Assembly: GCA_965661645.1 (NCBI GenBank)
Contig: CBFIEQ010000001.1
Span: 3,805 to 67,804 of the forward strand
Reading direction: 5' to 3'
Origin: an uncultured Aquiluna sp.
GTDB lineage: Bacteria > Actinomycetota > Actinomycetes > Actinomycetales > Microbacteriaceae
Length of the DNA: 64,000 nucleotides
Shown: positions 21,550 to 29,186 of the stretch, piece by piece
Numbering within the stretch: the stretch's first letter is position 1
Layout: each line of letters opens with the position of its first letter
Notes under the pieces: generated by a model
The model's database searches: none
Seen by the model: the letters and a program-made list of their open reading frames with translations, nothing else
What the model was told of the DNA's origin: nothing
Position numbers and translations under genes: made by a program

Positions 21550-22794
21550 CTAGGCGCCTAGCAATAGGTTCTGCCAAGCCGATGAGAAGCGCTGCTCCTC
21601 CTGGCCAGTCAGTGACCGGAATGCCTTGGACTTTGCAAGAGTGTCAGCGTTTGGGAAGATCAGCTGGTTCTCGGCCAACTCTGGATCTTCGCTTGCTGCG
21701 ACATCCTGGGCACCAACTACCGGGGTGATGTAGTTCACCCAAAGAGCCAACTCAGCAGCGTTCACTGGGTCGTAGTAGTAGTTGATTAGCTCTTCAGCAT
21801 TGCGCTTGTGAGTTGCGCCCATTGGGGTCACGAACACATCTGCCCACAAAGTTGCACCGGAATCTGGGAAGATAAAGCCAAATGGCTCTGGGTCTTCGTC
21901 AGTGCCGGACTCGTAGTTCAGAACGGTGATGTCGCCTGACCATGCGGTGGAGGCAATGATGTTGCCGGTGGCTAGGTCATCTAGGTAGCTGTTACCGCGA
22001 ACGTTGAAGATCTGACCGCCATCAATCTGAGCCTTGATCTCTTCGATAGCAACCATGAATGCATCCTCTGTCAACGAGGATGCGGAGGAGATGTCGATGC
22101 CCTGGCTCATCAGAACGATACCTACTGAGTCACGCATCTCGGACAACAGACCAACGCGTCCCTTTAGCTCTGCAGCCCAAAGGTCTGCAACGCTTCCTGG
22201 GGCATCCTTACCGGTTACCTCTTTGTACAGGGCCTTGTTGTAACCAATTCCGGCGAAGCCAGCCTGCCAAGGAATTGAGTAGATGCGGTCTGGATCATCT
22301 GCGCTGCCTAGGTAGCTAGGGGCCAAGTTTGCGACCTTGTTTGGCATGTTTGCGTTGTCGAAAGTCTGCAAGAAACCCAGGTTCTGAAGACGGGAAGCCA
22401 TCCAGCCGGTTGGGCAAGCGATGTCAGCGCCGATGTCCTGACCAAGCTCTAGCTGGTCCTTGACCTTGGCATACCAGGTGTCGTTGTCGTCAATTTCGAT
22501 GCGGTAGTCAACACTGATTCCGCTCTGCTCTTGGAAGCGAAGAAGAGTTGGGTAGTTGCCATCGTCGTCTTCATCCATGTATGCAGGCCAGTTGTGCCAG
22601 GTCAAAACCTTCTCGGTGTCTGAAACATCAGTGGCCGGGGTCAGACCCTGCTCTGCTGGAGCACAAGAGGCCAGAGTCAGTGCCGCTGCGGTACCACCGA
22701 TACCCGCTAACGCGGTGCGCCTAGAAATCTGGTGCTTTCGAGCCATGGTGACTAGCTCTGCGAGCATTGGGTCTTGAGGAAGTCCTCGCTTCAT
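21550..22794 (-). CDS. potD: Polyamine ABC transporter substrate-binding lipoprotein (Tat signal)
   Basis: ISRRTAL twin-arginine motif, LASC lipobox, and NWPAYMD, AWSGD, VNYITPV motifs. Confidence 0.9.
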   Translation of the reverse strand: MKRGLPQDPMLAELVTMARKHQISRRTALAGIGGTAAALTLASCAPAEQGLTPATDVSDTEKVLTWHNWPAYMDEDDDGNYPTLLRFQEQSGISVDYRIEIDDNDTWYAKVKDQLELGQDIGADIACPTGWMASRLQNLGFLQTFDNANMPNKVANLAPSYLGSADDPDRIYSIPWQAGFAGIGYNKALYKEVTGKDAPGSVADLWAAELKGRVGLLSEMRDSVGIVLMSQGIDISSASSLTEDAFMVAIEEIKAQIDGGQIFNVRGNSYLDDLATGNIIASTAWSGDITVLNYESGTDEDPEPFGFIFPDSGATLWADVFVTPMGATHKRNAEELINYYYDPVNAAELALWVNYITPVVGAQDVAASEDPELAENQLIFPNADTLAKSKAFRSLTGQEEQRFSSAWQNLLLGA

Positions 22795-22868
22795 TGCATT
22801 TCTCCTAATTCTCGCCTTGCGGCAAGCTCTGTTGTTTCTAGGCCAACCACCTTTGATGGAAGTAAGTG

Positions 22869-22887
22869 AAAGTTTGTCACAAACTTT
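22869..22887. promoter_or_regulatory. Perfect palindrome upstream of potD, candidate operator
   Basis: AAAGTTTGT-C-ACAAACTTT. Confidence 0.5.
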
Positions 22888-22922
22888 GCTTCATTGTTAG
22901 CCACGAAATCTAATCTTTACTT

Positions 22923-24359
22923 TTAGTCTCCGATGTAGTGCATCACGTGCTTGACGCGGGTGTAGTCCTCAAAGCCATAGTGCGAGAGGTCCTTGCCGTA
23001 ACCGGAGTGCTTAAAGCCACCATGCGGCATCTCTGCAGCCAGAGGGATGTGGGTGTTAATCCACACCGCTCCGAAGTCAAGGTGCTTGGCGAAGCGCATC
23101 GCACGAGTGTGGTTCGAGGTCCAAACCGAGGAAGCAAGACCATAGCGAACATCGTTTGCCCACTTCAAAGCCTGCTCGTCAGATGCGAACTTCTGAACCG
23201 TTAGAACAGGCCCAAAAATTTCCTCTTGAATGTGCTCATCATCCTGCTTGAAGCCCGAGAGCACTGTTGGTTCCATGAAGTAACCCTTGCCCGTAATCTG
23301 CGATCCACCATGCTCGATGCGTGCATGGCTTGGCAATCGGTCGATGAAGCCCTTCACTCGCTCTAGCTGGCCAGCATTGTTCACTGGCCCGAACAGGACA
23401 TCAGGGTCAGAGGGCATGCCAACCTTCGCCGATGCCTTCACCTCTGCAAGCAGTGCTGCCATGAAGTTGTCGTAAGCACGCTCGTGAACCAAAAGTCTGG
23501 TTGCTGCTGTGCAGTCCTGGCCAGCGTTGAAGAATCCAGCTGCGACAATCCCCGCAGCTGCCTTCTCGAAATCAGCGTCGTCAAACACGATGACCGGCGC
23601 CTTGCCACCGAGCTCAAGGTGAACACGCTTTAGATCCGCAGCAGCGCTCTTGGCGACTTCCATGCCGGCACGAACCGATCCGGTGATTGAAACCATCTGC
23701 GGAATCTTGTTCTCGATCATCGCGCGACCAGTGTCCCTGTCACCGGTTATGACATTGAAAACGCCCTCGGGCAAGAACTCGCTTGCAATCTCAGCAAGCA
23801 ACAGCGTTGAGGCTGGGGTCGTGTCTGAGGGCTTCAAAACAATCGTGTTACCCGCTGCAATAGCAGGTGCGAACTTCCAGACCGCCATGTTCAGCGGGTA
23901 GTTCCAAGGGGTGACCTGACCGATCACGCCAATCGGCTCGCGCCTAATAGATGAGGTGTGATCGCGGGTGTATTCAGCGGTTGCGCGACCCTCCAGGTTT
24001 CTAGCGGCTCCCGCAAAGAACCTGATTTGATCAACCGACGGTGCCATTTCGTAGTCAACGAGAGTGGCGCGTGGCTTACCGGTGTTCTCAGACTCAACGT
24101 CGGCGGCCTCTTCGGCACGAGCTTCTAGTGCATCAGCGATCCGGAACAACGCCAATTGACGCTCACCGGGGGTGGTTTGGGACCAGCTCTCAAAGGCCTT
24201 CTGCGCAACTTCGTAGGCGTGGTTAACATCTGCCTCGTTGGAAACGGCCGCATGAGCGTAGGTCTCCTCTGTCGAGGGGTTGATAACGGGTGAGTTCTTG
24301 TCTGAGGTTGGGGTCACATACTTGCCACCAACGAAGTTTTGCAGTTGCTTAGGCGCCAC
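22923..24359 (-). CDS. Gamma-aminobutyraldehyde dehydrogenase
   Basis: PWNYPL, LELGGKAP, FNAGQDC, EEIFGPV and AEMPHGGFKHSGYGKDLS motifs. Confidence 0.92.
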   Translation of the reverse strand: MAPKQLQNFVGGKYVTPTSDKNSPVINPSTEETYAHAAVSNEADVNHAYEVAQKAFESWSQTTPGERQLALFRIADALEARAEEAADVESENTGKPRATLVDYEMAPSVDQIRFFAGAARNLEGRATAEYTRDHTSSIRREPIGVIGQVTPWNYPLNMAVWKFAPAIAAGNTIVLKPSDTTPASTLLLAEIASEFLPEGVFNVITGDRDTGRAMIENKIPQMVSITGSVRAGMEVAKSAAADLKRVHLELGGKAPVIVFDDADFEKAAAGIVAAGFFNAGQDCTAATRLLVHERAYDNFMAALLAEVKASAKVGMPSDPDVLFGPVNNAGQLERVKGFIDRLPSHARIEHGGSQITGKGYFMEPTVLSGFKQDDEHIQEEIFGPVLTVQKFASDEQALKWANDVRYGLASSVWTSNHTRAMRFAKHLDFGAVWINTHIPLAAEMPHGGFKHSGYGKDLSHYGFEDYTRVKHVMHYIGD

Positions 24360-24515
24360 TTTTGATAACTCCTCTTTGAGATTGATGCTTTGACTCTAAC
24401 CCCGAAATGAGCATTTCCAAAGTCAAAACCAAAAACTGCCCCGATTTCGCATCTCCAGAGAGGAAAAACTGCGGAATAGGGGGAAATTGCATGGAAAAAG
24501 TGCCATACTCGACAC

Positions 24516-24989
24516 ATGTCACGCATGGCTCGGGCTAAACAGTCCCAACTAGACGATGTTTCAAAGCAGATCATCGAGCAACTGCAGCACGATGGTCGAA
24601 AGTCCTACGCCGAAATCGGCAAGGTGGTCGGACTCTCAGAGGCCGCTGTCAGGCAGCGAGTGCAGAAGCTAACAGAGTCCGGCGTCATGCAAATCGTTGC
24701 TGTGACTGACCCACTGCGACTGGGGTTCTCCAGGCAGGCAATGATTGGCATCAAGTGCTCGGGGAATGCCACCAAAGTCGCAGACGCCCTGTCTCAGATC
24801 CCCTCAGTTGACTACGTGGTGATGACCGCCGGGTCATTTGATATTCTGGCCGAGGTTGTCAGCGAGAACGACGAGCACCTAATCTCGTTAATCAATGAGC
24901 AAATTAGATCTCTCGAGCATGTGATTTCCACTGAGACTTTTGTTTACCTAAAACTACATAAGCAGTTCTACAACTGGGGCACTCGGTAA
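24516..24989 (+). CDS. Lrp/AsnC family transcriptional regulator
   Basis: LQHDGRKSYAEIGKVVGLSEAAVRQRV HTH; divergent from the dehydrogenase. Confidence 0.95.
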   Translation: MSRMARAKQSQLDDVSKQIIEQLQHDGRKSYAEIGKVVGLSEAAVRQRVQKLTESGVMQIVAVTDPLRLGFSRQAMIGIKCSGNATKVADALSQIPSVDYVVMTAGSFDILAEVVSENDEHLISLINEQIRSLEHVISTETFVYLKLHKQFYNWGTR

Positions 24990-25024
24990 CGAGCGAACCG
25001 CATAAAGCGAAGAAGTGATAATCA

Positions 25025-26515
25025 ATGACGATTCAAGAGCGAGCTAACCCACTAGCCAAAATCTTTGGCTCAAAAAAGCGCTCCAAGCATCAAGCCACCG
25101 GATCCAGAGAGCTAAAGCTCTTTGAGGCGATGCAAGCCGGCAAGCCGGTGAGCGATGCCATGATGCAAAACAGCGCAAAAGAGCACCTCTGGATGCACTT
25201 CACTCGCCACTCGCCGTTCTTCAACGGCAAGGACATTAACATCATCGAGCGTGGTGAGGGTCACTTCATCATCGATACCAAGGGCCGCAAAGTAATCGAT
25301 GGGCTGTCAGGCTTGTTTGCAGTCAACGCAGGTCACGGCCGCATTGAACTGGCTGAAGCCGCTGCCAAGCAGACGATGGAGCTCGACTTCATGCCGCTTT
25401 GGGGTTTTGCGCACCCAAGGGCCATTGAACTGGCAGAGCGCTTGCTCTCCTATGCACCCAAAGACCTAAACCGAATCTTTTTCACCACCGGTGGCGGCGA
25501 AGCCGTTGAGTCTGCCTGGAAGATTGCGAAGCAGTATTTCAAGCTGACAGGAAAGCCAACCAAGACCAAGGTGATTTCGAGAATGACTGCCTACCATGGC
25601 ACCAGTCACGGAGCTCTTTCAATCACGGGCATCGCAGCCATGAAGCAAATGTTTGAGCCACTGGTCCCCTCAACATTCCGAGTCCCAAACACCAACTTCT
25701 ACAGAGCAGACCCGAGGTTCAAGAACGAGGAGGAGTTCGGCCTATGGGCTGCGAATCGGGTTGAAGAGGCAATTTTGTTTGAGGGTCCAGACACCGTTGC
25801 AGCCTTCTACGTCGAACCGATTCAAAACTCTGGCGGTTGCTTCACCGCACACCCAAGCTATTTCCGCCGAGTACGAGAGATTTGCCAGAAGTACGACGTC
25901 ATTTTGGTTGCTGACGAAACAATCACCGGCTACGGGCGCTCAGGTCACATGTTTGCCTCGGAGCGTTATGACATTCAGCCAGACATGATGATCACTGCAA
26001 AAGCCATCACCAATGCATCGGCCCCACTTGGTGCGCTGTTCTTGAAGGAGAAGTTCTTCGAGCCCTTCAAGGAGGGCACCGTGACTTTCCCACACGGTTA
26101 CACCTTTGCCGCTCACCCGGTTGCGTGTGCAGTGGCACTTGCCAACCTAGACATTTACGATCGCGAAAAGATAGTGGAGAACGTCAACAGGAACTCGCCC
26201 ATTTTCCGCAAGACTCTTGAGAAACTTCACGACCTTCCAATCGTTGGTGATGTTCGCGGCGATGGCTACTTCTTCGCGATCGAGCTTGTCAAAAACAAGA
26301 AGACCAAAGAGACGCTCACCCCAGCAGAGGCCGAGAAGTTACTCAGAGGATTCTTGCCCGGAGCGTTTTGGGCAGAGGGACTTTACTGCCGTGCCGATGA
26401 TCGAGGCAATCCGGTAGTTCAACTCGCTCCACCGTTGACAATTGGGCCAAAAGAATTCGATGAACTAGAGCGCATCCTGCGCAAAGTTCTTACAGAGGCC
26501 TGGTCGAAACTCTAG
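25025..26515 (+). CDS. Class-III aminotransferase (putrescine/omega-amine:pyruvate type)
   Basis: HLWMHFT, TGGGEAVESAWK, ADETITGYGR, TAKAIT and HGYTFAAHPV motifs. Confidence 0.88.
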   Translation: MTIQERANPLAKIFGSKKRSKHQATGSRELKLFEAMQAGKPVSDAMMQNSAKEHLWMHFTRHSPFFNGKDINIIERGEGHFIIDTKGRKVIDGLSGLFAVNAGHGRIELAEAAAKQTMELDFMPLWGFAHPRAIELAERLLSYAPKDLNRIFFTTGGGEAVESAWKIAKQYFKLTGKPTKTKVISRMTAYHGTSHGALSITGIAAMKQMFEPLVPSTFRVPNTNFYRADPRFKNEEEFGLWAANRVEEAILFEGPDTVAAFYVEPIQNSGGCFTAHPSYFRRVREICQKYDVILVADETITGYGRSGHMFASERYDIQPDMMITAKAITNASAPLGALFLKEKFFEPFKEGTVTFPHGYTFAAHPVACAVALANLDIYDREKIVENVNRNSPIFRKTLEKLHDLPIVGDVRGDGYFFAIELVKNKKTKETLTPAEAEKLLRGFLPGAFWAEGLYCRADDRGNPVVQLAPPLTIGPKEFDELERILRKVLTEAWSKL

Positions 26516-27458
26516 AGAGCAAGGGGTTTGTGGTCTCGGGAACTTCCGAGGCAGCTTTCTCATAGCTGAGGCCAACTGGAAAGCCAAAACCAACTTGCTT
26601 TCCCGCTTGCCACAGTTCAGCTGTGAAGAGCCCCTCGATGCTTGCTGTGGGCTTGCCCGCAAAACCCAATTGGGATCTGTCAACCAAATCAGCGGCAACA
26701 GAGAATCTATTGGCACAGTTCACCCAAATGGTTCTGGGGATTTGGCTCAGGGTTTGGTTCGCGGCGAGTAGCATCACGTTCAGAGAGCGCCCCTTTGATG
26801 CGACCTGTTCAACCAGTCGGGCCACCTTAGGCTCCCTGAGAGCCTCCCCGAGCTCATCAACCACAAGCAATAGTCGCGGGTTTGCAGGCTGCTGTTGACG
26901 CTTGGAAACAAGATCTGACATCAGTTCCAGTCGTTGCAGATTCCGATCGGTGACGAGTTCTGTGACTTTCGGAAACTGACCAAAGCCAGCTCCCCCTTTG
27001 AAGTCGATAGCCCAAATCTCAGATTCGTACTGAGAGGCAATGAGCTTCATCAGCTCTGTCTTTCCAGAACCTGTGGGCCCAATCAGGATTGCATGCGGCG
27101 CGAGTGGGTTTATTGGCTGCAACAGAGCGCCTCCCTCAGCGGTGAGACCAATTTGCGATTTGAAGGTAGCTTCTAGATCGATTCCAACAAGCGGCTGAGT
27201 TTCAAAAGCTGCCGAAAACACTCGGTTCCGAATTTCACTACCCCAAAGCGGTGGAAATAAGCCCAGGCGCCGATCTCCAATCCAGACGCGTCCATGAGTA
27301 AAAGAGATTGGCTTATCTAAATCAAGGCTTTTGCGCTGAGAGTGGATCAGCCAGACTGCCATGGTTGCCATTGACAGCCACAGCAACATCGCGTTGCCAG
27401 TTGTGGTGAAGAGCATCACGCCATAACCGAGGGAAGGCAACAGGAACAAAAGATTCAT
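26490..27458 (-). CDS. Small membrane-anchored FtsK/SpoIIIE (EccC-like) ATPase
   Basis: Two N-terminal TM helices, Walker A GPTGSGKT, IDFKGGAGF, Walker B LLLVVDE, and KGRSLNVMLLAANQ. Start taken at ATG 27458. Confidence 0.8.
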   Translation of the reverse strand: MNLLFLLPSLGYGVMLFTTTGNAMLLWLSMATMAVWLIHSQRKSLDLDKPISFTHGRVWIGDRRLGLFPPLWGSEIRNRVFSAAFETQPLVGIDLEATFKSQIGLTAEGGALLQPINPLAPHAILIGPTGSGKTELMKLIASQYESEIWAIDFKGGAGFGQFPKVTELVTDRNLQRLELMSDLVSKRQQQPANPRLLLVVDELGEALREPKVARLVEQVASKGRSLNVMLLAANQTLSQIPRTIWVNCANRFSVAADLVDRSQLGFAGKPTASIEGLFTAELWQAGKQVGFGFPVGLSYEKAASEVPETTNPLLSRVSTRPL

Positions 27459-27576
27459 GAACACAACAATGCACGCGTGCGACCTACCTGCGGCAAACGA
27501 ATCAAAATCTGTGGAGAGATTGAGTTTTCCACAGATTCGCAAAAAACCTCACCAATCGACAGTAAGACTCAGCACA

Positions 27577-28080
27577 ATGGAGACCATGACTTCACTACAA
27601 GCGGTTCGTGTTATTGAGACTCCAATTGGCAACATTGCTATTGGCTCAACAGAGCTCGGTGTGAGCAACGTCGAGATTCTTCCTCCTGAAAAAGTTCGCA
27701 GCGAGTTCACTGAGTCGAAAGCCGCCAGCAGGCATTCGGATTCCGCTGCCAGGCAGCTCCTGGAGTACTTTTCAGGCGGCAGGACTGAGTTTGACCTCGA
27801 CTACGACCTGCATGGAACTGCATTTCAAAAGGCCGTCTGGAATCAAATTACCCAAATTGGATTCAGCGAATCCATGAGCTATGGCGACATCGCAGCGGCC
27901 CTTGGAAAACCTGCTGCATACAGAGCTGTAGGCGGGGCCGTGGGAGCCAATCCGGTTCCGCTACTGATTGGCTGTCATCGAGTTTTAGGATCGAACCGCA
28001 AGCTGACCGGCTACACAGGAGGACAGGGATTGAAGACGAAGCTCTGGCTCTTGGATCACGAGCGGGTCGAGTACCGGTGA
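27577..28080 (+). CDS. ogt: Methylated-DNA--protein-cysteine methyltransferase
   Basis: GTAFQKAVW, SYGDIA, RAVGGA and NPVPLLIGCHRV motifs. Start is 27577 or 27586. Confidence 0.93.
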   Translation: METMTSLQAVRVIETPIGNIAIGSTELGVSNVEILPPEKVRSEFTESKAASRHSDSAARQLLEYFSGGRTEFDLDYDLHGTAFQKAVWNQITQIGFSESMSYGDIAAALGKPAAYRAVGGAVGANPVPLLIGCHRVLGSNRKLTGYTGGQGLKTKLWLLDHERVEYR

Positions 28081-28643
28081 ATCTAACCAGGGAATTTGAC
28101 GATGGTCTGACTCGGTGCGGGTGGCTCAGCGATGACATTACCTATGTGAAATACCACGACACTGAATGGGGCACCAAGACCGTTGGACAAAACCCACTCT
28201 TTGAAAAAATCTGCCTAGAGGGTTTTCAAGCTGGACTGAGCTGGCTAACCATCTTGAAGCGCCGCCAGGGCTTTAGAACTGCCTTTCACGGCTTTGATGT
28301 CTTGAAAGTAGCGGCTATCAGCGATCGCGAGGTCGAGAATCTGATGGTGAACACCGACATCATTCGCAATCGGGCCAAGATTCGATCGGCAATCAGCAAC
28401 GCTCAGGTAATCCTCGAACAAGAGATTGACCTTACGGAATTACTTTGGTCCTTCGCTCCAAATCAGCCACTCACACCGGAGAGCGAGTTTGAATGGCGCG
28501 CCAACAGCCCTGAATCCGATGCGCTGAGCAAGGAGCTGAAGCGACTTGGCTTTAGCTTTGTCGGGAGCACGACGATGTATGCGCTCATGCAATCAACAGG
28601 CATGGTTCAAGACCACGCTCCGGGTTGTTTCTTGCGTCCCTGA
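28077..28643 (+). CDS. tag: DNA-3-methyladenine glycosylase I
   Basis: RCGW, YHDTEWG, LEGFQAGLSW and IIRNRAKI motifs; GTGA overlap with ogt. Confidence 0.95.
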   Translation: MNLTREFDDGLTRCGWLSDDITYVKYHDTEWGTKTVGQNPLFEKICLEGFQAGLSWLTILKRRQGFRTAFHGFDVLKVAAISDREVENLMVNTDIIRNRAKIRSAISNAQVILEQEIDLTELLWSFAPNQPLTPESEFEWRANSPESDALSKELKRLGFSFVGSTTMYALMQSTGMVQDHAPGCFLRP

Positions 28644-28684
28644 AAAAATCTGCTAGCTCGCTACATTAAACCTTTGGAGGTCTA

Positions 28685-29164
28685 ATGTCACCCGAAGAAT
28701 TCAATTCGGTATTTCGCGCGCTATTGCCTGAGGTTTCGAAATTCCTATCTCGTCGAGTCGCTTCGAGCGATGTCGAGGATCTAGCTGCAGACCTGTTTGA
28801 ACTTGCCTGGTCAAAGCGCTCACAGATTGAACCTGGCTTTGAGTTGCCATGGCTTTATAAAAGCGCAAGGTATCTGATCTCAAATCATCACCGTAAGCAA
28901 ACGGGTCGCACCAGAATTCTTGCGACCCTCCAAGAGCCAACTAGCGCACCATCGGCCGAATCAATTGCTATAGCCGATCTCGACTTGGCTGAGGCTTGGC
29001 GAAAACTAAACATCAAGGAGCAAGAGATTCTCGCGCTGTGGTCTTTCGAAGGCCTAGAGGTTAGCGAGATAGCAAAGGTTCTTGAAATCAGTGAGAACGC
29101 GGCAAACATCCGACTATCTCGTGCCAGAACGAACCTAAAAGCTCAAATAGCTGAAAGTAATTAG
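28685..29164 (+). CDS. ECF RNA polymerase sigma factor
   Basis: Region 2 (VEDLAADLF...PWLY) and region 4 (EGLEVSEIAKVLEISENAANIRLSRAR); GGAGG SD. Confidence 0.92.
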   Translation: MSPEEFNSVFRALLPEVSKFLSRRVASSDVEDLAADLFELAWSKRSQIEPGFELPWLYKSARYLISNHHRKQTGRTRILATLQEPTSAPSAESIAIADLDLAEAWRKLNIKEQEILALWSFEGLEVSEIAKVLEISENAANIRLSRARTNLKAQIAESN

Positions 29165-29186
29165 TGCATTGATACACAACCAAGAT

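Noticed and set aside
27970-27985. Ogt active-site variant GCHRV instead of PCHRV
   Set aside because: The catalytic Cys-His-Arg is intact; most likely a tolerated substitution rather than an alkyltransferase-like (ATL) protein.
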